Assembly (NCBI GenBank): GCA_965112155.1
Contig: OZ218102.1
Strand: one strand, 5' to 3'
Source of the DNA: Podarcis liolepis
Lineage: Eukaryota
Length of the DNA: 64,000 nucleotides
Under the pieces are notes generated by a model. It had not been told where the DNA came from and made no database searches. It worked only from the letters and a program-made list of their open reading frames with translations. Position 1 is the stretch's first letter, and every line of letters starts with the position of its first letter. This document shows positions 34,901 to 46,207 of the stretch, one piece after another. Both the position numbers and the translations under genes were made by a program.

Positions 34901-37900
34901 CATTTGGTAACTGTACAGCAGAGCTAATGTATTTTAAATCCTGGAGGCCATAATACCTAAAAGACTTTCTTAATTTTGGATTGCATTGCCTTCAGCATTT
35001 TACAGAACAATATTAATTTGGCACACAAATTATAGTTACTTTAAAAAATAAGCCTGACTAAGTAGAGTCAGGATTGGCTATTGTGCATTGTGTGGGTCTG
35101 ATTATGAGTAACACTCAAATTCTAATCCCAAATCTGAAAACACCTATTTACTTGCCTTCGGCAACTCATTTTTCTACATAAAGTAGGGGTGATGGCTACA
35201 TTAGAGTAGTGGAGCTTAATTTATTAATGTTGTACAACCCTTTGAAGATACAAAGCTCTAAATGAATGCTGAGGATTAGTATTGTCGAATCATGTTCCTC
35301 AGTTGGGTATTAAACTATAGAAACTCAATACAATATTGCAATTCTTGTGCTGGTGAAAGGTGAGGAGGAGGAGCAGGTTTGAAGTTTTATGGCATTATGT
35401 TTATTGCTGAAAGCAGAACAGGTAGGGGTATTTGTGTAGAAATGCATGTGTTCATGAAGAAAAAATCTGGTTTACAACCACACGTTATAATCTTCTGCTT
35501 TAGATGAAGGCTGAGCCAGATCTGATAAACTGATGCAGCAGAATTTTGTGGCACACAGATTTTCCTAAATGGAAGGGAATCACATTTTTGAATGCTCCGT
35601 GGTGACAGATAGTCCCTGTGCACTGAAAACTAGCATGTCTTTTGAAAATTATTCTTGAAATTACTGTCCCTCCCACGTCTGGAGCTGAGCTCAACTGAAT
35701 ACTGTTTGTAACTAGATCATGTGTTTAATACTTCATAAGGGAAATTTAATAATTTAAGACACTTGCATCCTTCAGTAAAGTATAACCATTTTTAGATTGC
35801 TATGGGAGTCTCACAAAGAATTTAGATTTAAACATCCATGTAACATCTCTGGAAAAATACAGGGATGGTGAGTTTAGACATGTCTGCTGCCTAGAACCTG
35901 AACAGAGCCTTGAATGCACACATTTTTCATTCTTGTGGGAGACTTGAGCCATTGGGAGTGCCTACAGCCCTGTTTTCACATCACTTTTCAAGGGAACAGG
36001 TTGTGAAATATACAGGGAATGGTCCCATCTACACTGCCACAGCCTCTTAGGAAGAAGGACAATCAATTCACAATTGTTGTAATATCCAGTGACAGCTGGA
36101 GGTAAGCTTGCAAGTTGCAGGCATCTAGGTGCAGCCCTGGGTACAGTGTGTGGCTCTTTGCACATCAGAGATTTAAGTTTCTCTCAAAGTCCTGTTGTAG
36201 CTGGTCCAGGATAATGTTACAGGATAACTCATGTGCATCACAATAGGAGAGCATTCCCTACATGCTTCTTGGAGTCAGAAAACAGAAAGGCTTAATCGCT
36301 GCCAATGATGGCAAGGTGCTTATATCTGGAGGCTATTCACAGAAGTCATTAAAAACTTGTTGCCAACACAGCTGCCCTGCTCTTTAGCTGTTTTCCCTTC
36401 ACCTTTATCTTAACCACACACAACTCCTCTTGTCCCTAGGTTCTGTGGGATTTCCCCACAGCCTATTGTTTTTCATCTCTCTCCTTTTTTGCACCACTTC
36501 TCATCCTCCCATATTTTCCATCTGTCCTTTCATCATGTCATACTTCTGTATCCAGGTCCTCTCTGACCATTGTTGAGCTTCCTGCCCAAAGTTCTTTGTA
36601 AACTGCTTAGAGGTGTTTTATGCTAGTAAGTGGTGTGCATTTTTAAAAAATGCACACATTTTGTTTTTATTTATTGCATGTTCATCCTGCCCTTTCTGCA
36701 AGCAACCTGGGATGGTCTACTGTACATAATTTCCCACATTTTGCCCTCAAAATGTTCTTACCCTGGTAGGTAGAGAAATGAGGGAGAAATTCACTTTGCT
36801 TTTAAAGGCAAACCAACCCAATTTTCACCAACAATACATGAACCAACTGTTTGCAAGCAATGCATGAACCAAAGCGCAGTCGTCTTTCAAAATTTGCACT
36901 ACTCTGAATTTTGCAGTGCAGTGTTCCCACCAAGCAGTGAGTTCAAAAATACATATTCCACGCTAAAGTGTGCATGAAATGAAAACAACATTAAAAAATG
37001 CATTGTATTGGGGAAAATTGCCTTGCAAAAATGTGCATATTAGGCTAAACTGCATTAAAAAAAATGTTTATTTTGAGAAATTCACACTTAAATGCTGACA
37101 AATTTTCAAGAGGACTTTAAAAAAATCACAAACTGATGTGAAAATGTAAAGAACTGAACTTAAGAATGGAAAACAGAGAAACTAAGAGAGATCAAAATTG
37201 TCTGTTTCACCTATTCCTCGTGGTAGACTTTGCTGAGAGAAGAATGCATTAAAGTCACACACTGAGCTTTGTGGCTCAATGAGATTTGAACAGCCACCAT
37301 ACCAGACTGGCTGGCAGTTTACTGCTCCCAGGGCCCCGTTTCCATTTAGCTTTACACTTCCTGTCGGCATCCTTCCTCCATGGAAAGCTGCCTTTATACT
37401 GAATCAGAGCATTGGTCCATCTAGCTCAGTATTGTCAACACTGACTGCTAGTGGTTCTCCAGGGTTTCAGGCAGGGATCTATCCCAGTGCTACCTCTAGT
37501 GCTTGGTGTTTTTGGAGTATACAGTCATGCTGGCTGGGAATGATGGGAGTTGTGCTTCAAAATCTCTGGAAGACACATGGTTAGTGGATGCTGCTTCAGA
37601 CCATCATACAAAAAGGAGAGACCTTACGAAACAAGCTGCTGTCGCTACTCACTTTGTTGTTGTTCAGGCTGCTTATCCAGTCTGACCTCAGAGTTCAGTT
37701 CAGATGAATTTACCACTGTTGAAGTCGTGCCCCAAAAGTGTCTTCAGTCTATTTGCTTATTCCATTTCATTGTGTAAAATAACTTATTGTGTAAATATTA
37801 TGTGTGGAAATGAACACTGTGATGAAGCGGTGCTGTTGCCCGGAATGAAAAGGAAGTATTAAAAATGGAGTTGCCTTGAAGGAAATTACTCTGAAAATCA

Positions 37901-39905
37901 AGCAGGAAGAAAATATCATTAACGCCAGTTAAGTTATGTGGTTCAAACTTCCCCGCACAATGCATTTCATAACTATGCATTTGTTTGGTTTCTGGATGGA
38001 CAGCCCCCCCCTCTCTCTCTCCCTCTCCCTCTCCCCCCTGTTTTCATTAGATTTGCATAGCTTGTTCACTTAAATAAAACTGAGCTTTCCCAAATATAGT
38101 TAGAAGGGGACAAATAAGGCCAACCCATCCATGAGGCAAGGAGAGGTGACTGCCTCAGGTGGAAGGATTCACAGGAGCAGCAAATCTGGCCTTCAAGGAA
38201 TGCATCTCCTGCTGCCACTCCTGTGGTGGCAGCTATGGCTGTGGCATGCTCCTTGGAGACTAGATCTGTCTCCTCCCTTTCAACACCTTCCCCACAATGA
38301 TGCCTCTACCTGGTGGCTTCTTGGTGAATAGGAGGCTATACTGGTCTCATCCCACCCTTTGGGAGGAAATGGTGGGGGCTCCTGGGCTCTGCACCCCCTG
38401 GGTGTGATTCAGAGTGGGCCCCTTCCCACGATGGCCTTTGGTTCCACTTCAACCATTGGGTAAGGTTGATTTGAGTGCCCCCTGTTCTCAGTGTAGATCT
38501 TTATTCCCCCCCTTCCATGTTCTTGACATAAATCTTCACTCACATCTTCTTCCCTGATGGGGAAGTCACCATTTTGTGGTTCCTATCTGATGTCTTTCTT
38601 ATCTTGGCCTATATAATGTTTATGTTTCTTTGTTTGTTATTGTTTTATATCATCCTCAGCAGGATAAGTGTTTCATTAATCGTTGATGGCTATATTGATT
38701 TTTAAATCTTGTATCCTGGAGTTTTTTGTCCAGTGACAACTAGATCTAGTGACGATGAAAAATGAAAAGCATCGCATCTAGCTTGGCCTTGAGAACCCAA
38801 GAACTGGCTTCCAGTCTTGGGCCAGAATTCCACCCAGTCCGGTTTCCTGTCTTCAAAAGTGCCTGGCCACATGCCCTGCAAAACTTGCAAATAATGCTAG
38901 TTTTTGTACTGGCAACTTTGCCCCTCTTTATAGTGCCTTGGGGAGGCAAGGATGTCAGTGAGCAAAATGCTCAGTCTGCTGTCTCAGTCACTGAGAGTAA
39001 GATGTCTGCATCTGCCTTTGCAACTATCCATGCCACCTTAGAAAGGTGTCCCTCGTCCTTTGAGAGCAGTTGGCTGTTCGGGAAGGCATATGCCTAAGTG
39101 GAGATTTTCCTTTTGTTTTCCAACGAACAGCTCCCCCCCCCCCAAATACGAGAAGCAAAGGAAAACTTAAAGGAAATGCTGTATCCTGTCCTCTGCCCCC
39201 ACTGCCTGCACACATCAACACTCACATAAGAACTTTGTTGATTTGTGGGCGTTAATTGTATTCTCAGACTAGAAAAATGCTTTTCTGTTGAGAAAATAAA
39301 TACTGGTTGCTTGTATCTTGTCCAAGGAAGAAGATTTTCACTGTGTGCCATTCACTGTGATATAGTAACATTTAGATAATATTGCAAACTAAATGAAATG
39401 AAGTCTGAGGTTTTAAATAATCAGCCCTATAAGTTTTTGTTCTGATCACAGGGACAGATTAAATTATGGTGTCTTGGTTCCCCTCCTTGTTATGTATTCA
39501 GAGCAATACTTTATCAGCATGGTATCTTGTACAACATGGATTTGATTCATTATTTGCTTATTATTTAGTTGGTTTTAGCTTAGGAGCAAATAGAAAGCAG
39601 GCTGTTACTTCTTGAGCTACGTTAGGCTTTTAAATTTTTTGGTACATTACCAGCTTTGTTTGTTTTGCATGATGTAATAGATTAATGTGGGTTAAAAGAC
39701 ATTTTTAACAAATTAATTTTTTAAAAAAGGCCAGTTAGGCAGGAAATGCATTAAACCCATGTGTTAAAACATGAGGACCCAAATGTCACATGCAAAGAGA
39801 TCATTTGAATAACAAATTAGTTTCTGGAGGGCTGTTAGAGTGGCGAAGTAACATTGGTTTCTCTTCAGCAAAACATATTAACCTGTACAAAACAATTTCT
39901 CTTAG

Positions 39906-40064
39906 GACTGTTCACAAGAATACGTTGTAAAGAATTATTTCTACTACTACCTGTTCAGGATTTCCGCTGCAATGGGTCAAGAGGTTTTCTACATCACATT
40001 CCTCCCATTCAGTTACTGGAGCATTAACCCCTATGTTGCCAGAAGGCTGATACTTATGTGGTCT
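39906..40064 (+). CDS. SGPP2: SGPP2 exon 2 (53 codons)
   Basis: Acceptor ttctcttag|GAC; DCSQEYVVKNYFYYYLFRISAAMGQEVFYITFLPF..LMWS; donor TCT|gtaagt. Confidence 0.95.
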
Positions 40065-40184
40065 GTAAGTATTGCTCGGATTATTACTATATATGTTCAA
40101 GTTGTTGTAACATTATCAGCTGTTTTTTCTCTAGCTTTCTGGTTGCCAATCAAGCTGTATAACTTTTGACATTTCTAGCAACGA

Positions 40185-40375
40185 AAGATCTAGGGACACC
40201 TTAAAGACTAACAGCTTTCTTGGACTAGACTCTACTTCATCTTGCATCTAAAGGGAATGGATTCTAGTCAATGAAAATACCTCATACCATAATAAAATTG
40301 GTTGGTCTTTAAGATACCACAATACATGCTTTTGTTTTGACTGCAACATAATAGCATGTCCACCACTCTGGAAAC
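40185..40375. mobile_element. Penelope-like terminal repeat remnant
   Basis: caccttaaagactaac..ttggtctttaagataccacaa inverted arms, typical of squamate Penelope-derived hairpins as recalled; degenerate. Confidence 0.5.
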
Positions 40376-41597
40376 AGAAAGGATGATAGTGTGCCTTCTA
40401 AAAAGGTAACATTAAAAAACGGTACTTATTTTATAGGTTGAGCTCGATTTATATGCAATTATAATTTTTGTATTAAATTCATTTTTTCGAAACGTTTCAC
40501 CTGAAGTTCAAAGTTCTTGTCCCCAGTTTGGAATGTACAAGTGTCACACTTTACACAACTGGTATTACATCCAGTTGGTCGTTGATTCCTAGCATGTGTT
40601 CATACTGTTTTGGGATACACCAGGATAAAAATTTAGCAAACATAACTGCTTGCTCTTGCAGTATTTGAAAATCTGTGGGGGGGGGGGTTGGGGGGCGTGT
40701 TTGTACAGTTGTGGTGGACATCCTTAAGTTCAACGTTGTTTGGTATCAAGTAGTGCAAAATTAGTCAGTGGCACTTATTTCACTGATTTTTGAATCGGCC
40801 CTATACAAGACGTCATTCCATAGTTTTAATATATTGCTTGAAGCCATAAAAAAGAAACATGGCACCAACCAATCCAAAACTTTCAACTCCAACCCAAACA
40901 TTCCATTGTGAAGTAGATGCAAGAATCTGTACAGCCATTCTTGCACCAGCACTGAATAGCCTTTTGAGAAAAGGTAGAGCTTACCTTCATTGATATTCAC
41001 CCCTGACAGTGTGTGCCCAATGTCTCTGCAGGAGATGGTTGGTTGGTGAGTGCTGTTGAAGGCGACAGCCCTAGCCACCAACTGAACTTTGCACACACAC
41101 CTGATAGACACCTGGGCACATAAATTGTGTGCATTGGCAGCCTCTTTTGCACTGTGTCGAAGCCAGCAGGGAATACTTGGCAAGGATCCCTGTTTCTGTG
41201 CCCAGACCTCCCTCAGTGAATTGGGGCAATAAAACACTCAGTTACAGAACTCCCGAGCCATGTTATTGCTTCAGTTTTCACATGGGTTAATGCTTGTTGC
41301 AAATTTGCACATCTCTTAAATGCTCTCCACGCTCCATGTTCTAAAGACAAACAAACAAACCCACCTTGCCATGTGAAAATGGAGATCATATGATCCTCCC
41401 ATGCAGCTGTACCCACCTCAGTGACAGACAGTGTAAATTGGCCTTCATATGCTGTAGCTGAACTGAACCTGGCAAACCTTGCTTTTTAAGTTGAAGTACT
41501 CACGCCAGTTGTTTGCACTGGTTCTCCCTCATCGATGATTTTAGACTTGCTAGCTTTTCAGGAGTTTTAGGCCCAGGCTTTCTGGAGTTATTCATCC

Positions 41598-42050
41598 ACA
41601 CACACCTGCCTGGGCTCTGAGATCTTTGGGTGAGGCCCTTCTCTCGGTCCCACCACCTTCATAGGCGCGCTTGGTGGGGATGCGGGAAAGGGCCTTCTCA
41701 GTGGCTGCTCCCAGGCTTTGGAACTCTCTCCCTAAAGAAACTAGACTGGCTCCCTCCTTGTTGTCCTTCCGCTGGTAAACAAAGACTATTTTATTTCAAA
41801 AGGCCTTTGGGGACTGTTTTTTTTTAAAAAAAGAAAAAAGAAAAGAAAGAAATAGCTTTGCTGTGCTGTACTGTACTGTTTTTGGTATGTATATTTTAAA
41901 AGGTTTAAATTTTGTTAGATTTTAATTACTTTTCAGCTATTATCTTTTAGCCTTTTGTATTTTATCTGTGTTGTTTCAATTTGTGTAAGCCGCCTTGAGT
42001 CTTGCTCTGGGGAGGAAAGATGGGATATAAATAAATGTTATTGTCATTGT
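41598..42050 (+). mobile_element. L2-type LINE 3' fragment, different subfamily
   Basis: agggccttctcagtggctgctcccaggctttggaactctctccc (RAFSVAAPRLWNSLP), then gtaagccgccttgag..ataaataaa. Confidence 0.7.
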
Positions 42051-42075
42051 TGTTATCAGAACTGGACACAGAATA

Positions 42076-42328
42076 CAGTGGTGCCTCGTAAGACGAAATT
42101 AATTCGTTCTGCGAGTTTTTTCGTCTTGCAAATTTTTCGTCTTGCGAAGCACGGTTTCCCTGGGTATTAACGGTTTTAAGAAAAAGGAAACAAACTTGCA
42201 AGACATTTTCGCCTTGCAAAGCAAGCCCATAGGGAAATTTGTCTTGTGAAGCAACTCAAAAAACGAAAAACTATTTCGTCTTGCGAGTTTTTCGTCTTGC
42301 GAGGCATTCGTCTTGTGAGGTACCACTG
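42076..42328. mobile_element. Tc1/mariner-type MITE, family B (shorter, inverted)
   Basis: Same TIRs, TA TSD, repeated ttcgtcttgc. Confidence 0.88.
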
Positions 42329-42853
42329 TAGTTTGGGCTAACCGACTGAAAGCAGACAGTGAGCTTTGTCCCCCGCTCTATATTCATTCTCCAAAATCCA
42401 TATTCATCCCCGTATTTTGAAGCTGCTTAATAATATAATTCTTGACATAAACTTAAAACTTTTTGCAGCTGTGTGTAGTAGTGACCTCTGCTGGAGCCTG
42501 CTGGGTGTTACTAAGAAAGACCAAACTGATGCATGGAGTGTGTTTCACCCTCTGTTCTCCCTCTCCCTTGTAGTTCAGATGTTTTTTGAAAAATCTCAAA
42601 CAGAAAAGATGAGGGGGAGAGACCAATACGTTCCATTTTTTTGAGTAAGATGCATTACTTTAGGCAATATCTCTGGGTCCAAAGGAGAGTGTCTCCCTGC
42701 TAGAAATAGACATCGTTTTTATTCCCTGCATGCTGGAGATAATATATAGGTACATTCAATAGTTTCTCCCAAGGCTTGGTGCATTCAAATGGCCATTCTT
42801 TGGTTAACACACAGGCAAGCCAGTTGCTTAATTTGCTAAGTTAAAAAGTATGT

Positions 42854-43042
42854 GGAGTTGTGACTCAGTGGTGGAGAATCTGCTTTGCATTCTGAACGTT
42901 CCAGGTTCAATTCCCTGCATCTCCACATAGCACTGGGAGAGAACCCAGCGTGAAACCCTGGAGATCTGCTGCCAAGCTGTGTGGACAATACTGAGCTAGG
43001 AGCATTGATGGTCTGACTTGGTTTATGGCAGCTTTCTAGGTT
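42854..43042 (+). mobile_element. Older tRNA-derived SINE (related degenerate copies near 20424-20722 and 26262-26436 on minus)
   Basis: A-box gactcagtggtggag, B-box ggttcaattcc, body gaaaccctggagatctgctgcca..gacaatactgagctag. Confidence 0.65.
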
Positions 43043-43414
43043 TCTAATTTTGGGGGGGAGGGAGGGGGCATTTTTAGGCTTGTCAGTATATCACAGCGTT
43101 TAAGTATTGGGAATGATGCAGTAGACACTTCTGTCTGAAAACTATATTTCTGCTAGAATTAACACACACAAAAAGTGAATTTATAGGTAACTTGTGTTTA
43201 ACAACGTTCTACGCTGCCTGGTACTGGGAGATGTTGCTGCTGCACTCCTGCAATTTCCTCAGATAATGCCATTCGACATTCCAGAGCAAAAACTATGACG
43301 TCTCCCACTTGGGGAGACAAACCTAAAAAGTATTGTGGTATGTACCTGCTTTCTCACACCAGCCCTGACATCCTCTGCTTCAGGAATGTCTTGAAAACCT
43401 CAATTTCATAAGGA

Positions 43415-44340
43415 AAAGAGCCTGATAGATCTGGCCAACAGCCCAACTAGTCAGGATCCTGAACTCGCGCTAGCCAACCAGATGCCTGTGGGAAGCATGC
43501 AAGCAGGACGTGAGCACAAGATCCCACTGCTCTCCTGCGGTTTCTAGCAAAAAGGAATTCAGAAGCATTACTGTCTCCCATTGCTAAGAGTCATTGATAG
43601 CCTTGTCAGGAGTTCAGCCTACACTCGAGTAGGACCCTGGCAGAGACACATGCCCGACTGGCATGTTCTCTCCCTCCTGGTCGATCGTTCGGGAGCCTCA
43701 AAAGCTTTCTTCAGCCCGAACATCACAGTAACCGATGCCAACAGACACTGGCACACTTGGGGATCCACAAAGTCTTCGCAGCTTGCATAACAGACCTCAG
43801 CAACTCAGCATTTTGGCTAATCTACTGTATTTACATATAAACACACACAGAGCACTGCAACATGGCTCCCTCTCTCTCTAGCATCAGACAGCAAAGAGAA
43901 AAAGAACAAGGACAATAGTCCCACTTCAGGGAACACAGTAACACAAACATCCTGTCCCCATCACTTCCCACTCTGTGGAGTCAAAACATATACTGTCATG
44001 TGATAGACAACAATCCCATGACTGCAATCATGGAGCAGGAATTCTAATAAGCCGCCTCCTCCATGAATTTGTTTACTCCCCCTTTAAAGCTCTCCAAGCT
44101 GGTGGCCATTGCAGCTTCCTTCCTGTGGGAGTGAGTTCCATTGTTTGTCTTAAATCTCCCAACATTCAGCTTCACTGAATACTCACAAGTTCCAGTGTTA
44201 TGGGAGAGGGGGACATTTCTCTGTGAATTTCCTCTATGCCAGGCATAATTTTATTAACTCCTATTGTGTCACCACTCACCTTGTCTCTAAACTGAGAATT
44301 CCCAATTGCTGCAAGCTTTCCTCATAGGGAAGTTGCTTCA
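43415..44340 (-). mobile_element. Degenerate CR1 3' fragment split by the solo LTR at 43604-44049
   Basis: cctcctccatgaatttg..gagttcca..ctttcctcatagggaag is the reverse complement of the CR1 ORF2 end; boundaries approximate. Confidence 0.6.
43604..44049 (-). mobile_element. Solo LTR, 446 bp, inserted in a CR1 3' fragment; same family as 23089-23519
   Basis: Aligns end to end with 23089-23519; TSD AGCCT/AGCCG (4 of 5 match); right end mutated to ctaata. Confidence 0.85.
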
Positions 44341-45051
44341 TCAGCTTTCATCAGCTTCTTCCAGTGTTAACTTGGACGTTATATATTGCCTCATTCTTCA
44401 CATGACAGGAATGGTTTCAGCAGGTTTTGTTCATGAGAAACTGAAGTTCTGAGCAAGTAACCTAAATGGAATGAATTGCCATGCAGTTTTCCAGTTACAT
44501 TGTTGATCTTATTTGACTGCATTGACCTGGCTAGAAGATGCAAAAAGCAGTCTTTAAAGATAAAGGTAAAGGTACCCCTGACCATTAGGTCCAGTTGCGG
44601 ACGACTCTGGGGTTGCGGAGCTCATCTCACTCTATAGGCCAAGGGGGCCGGTGTTTGTCCGCAGACACCTTCCAGGTCATGTGGCCAACATGACTAAGCT
44701 GCTTCTGGCAAACCAGAGCAGGGCACGGAAACACCGTTTACCTTCCCACCAGAGCAGTACCTATTTATCTACTTGAACTTTGATGTGCTTTTGAACTGCT
44801 AGGTGGGCAGGAGCTGGGACTGAACAATGGGAGCTCACCCCGTCACAGGGATTCGAACTGCCGACCTTCTGACTGGCAAGCCCTAGGCTCTGTAGTTTAG
44901 ACCACAGGGCCACCCGCGTCCTAAAAGCAGTCTTGGAACACTCATGGATCAAGGAAGTTGGTTTTCCCATTGCCAGGGTGCACAAGGAAATACAGAGAAC
45001 ACAACTCCTATTCGAAACAGGCTTTTAAAGCATGTGGGAGAAGAATTTTCC
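44231..45051 (+). repeat. Intronic duplication, copy 1 (contains the Sauria SINE)
   Basis: 44231-44555 matches 52313-52635, and 44937-45051 matches 52955-53069, with few substitutions. Confidence 0.92.
44555..44922 (-). mobile_element. Full-length Sauria SINE with 12-bp TSD
   Basis: taaaggtaaaggtacccctg..gccacccgcgtcct; TSD AAAAGCAGTCTT at 44543-44554 and 44923-44934. Confidence 0.92.
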
Positions 45052-46123
45052 ACCTGCTTAATCTCAGTGCTATTGTAAGCAGATTGTTAAGCTATTTGAC
45101 TATCATGGTTCTCCATATTGTTCAGAACCTGCGGGGACAGGAATTGCTCCATAGCAGGAATAAACCTCCAGATCTCTATCCTTGGCTTTCGGAGTTCTGC
45201 CCAGGCTTCACCCTTCTCCACAACATGCCCAGTTCTGCACACACTGTGAGTGCTTTTACCTGACTGGACTGAGAAGTTTTTGGGTGGTGGTCTAGAAACC
45301 ACACTGACCTTTGTGTATGAAAAGTTCCTCAGGAGGGAATGTGGCCCTGAGGCTGGCAAAAATTCCACACGCCTCCCTGCTTTATAGATTTACAAATGCA
45401 CACCGGCATGTGCTGCCAGCTCAGGGACTCAAGCAGCATATATATGTGTATCTATGTTGAAGGGCTGAGCAGTGTGGACTTTGGCAGGGGAGTGTTTCAT
45501 GTAAACTGATAGATTGCAGAAAAACAAGATGCCTGGCAGTAACTGGTGGAGAAATATTAGTGGTTGGACGATTTATTCCACCCCACCCCACCCCAGAAAA
45601 CCAAGAGTGTCTCTACAAAGTGTGCACTGAGGTTTTTTCCAGCATTTTCATGATTGATCTCATTTTTGCTGTTCAGAGCATCTGTTCAGACCCCTCAAAT
45701 ATTTCATCAACAATGAATGTGCCTCATTGTATTCAATCATTAGATTTTAAAAGTGTGTGTCCTGCTTTTTGATGTAAAATACAACCATTGCAACTGTGTC
45801 AAGAGTAATTTTGACACAAATTTTAAAATGAGGCTTGTCTCAAAAGTACTATTTTACAACATGCAGAGAATAATATGCATAAACAAAACAGAGAGAGGAG
45901 CTGAGGGAAGTCTTTGGAGGCTGGGAGAGGGAGGGGGGAAATGTAATTGGTTACATTTGATTCATAATTTGATTTGTTAAATTTGTTTAATAAAAAATAT
46001 TTTTTTAAAAGTACTAAAAAGCCAGAGGCAGCAATGCAACTAAGTATTCTTTTTTAAAAGCAGGATACAGAATTAGAACAAATGTTTATAAAATAAAAGA
46101 CTCTAGCATGCAGGATTGTTGAA

Positions 46124-46126
<3 letters not shown>

Positions 46127-46199
<73 letters not shown>

Positions 46200-46207
46200 G
46201 TGTGTGT
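46127..46207. repeat. Compound (TC)n(TG)n microsatellite
   Basis: Read directly. Confidence 0.95.

Noticed and set aside
23089-44049. A 21-kb provirus bounded by two similar LTRs
   Set aside because: Each LTR has its own TSD (GTTTA versus AGCCT/G), no gag or pol lies between them, and the interval contains SGPP2 exons.
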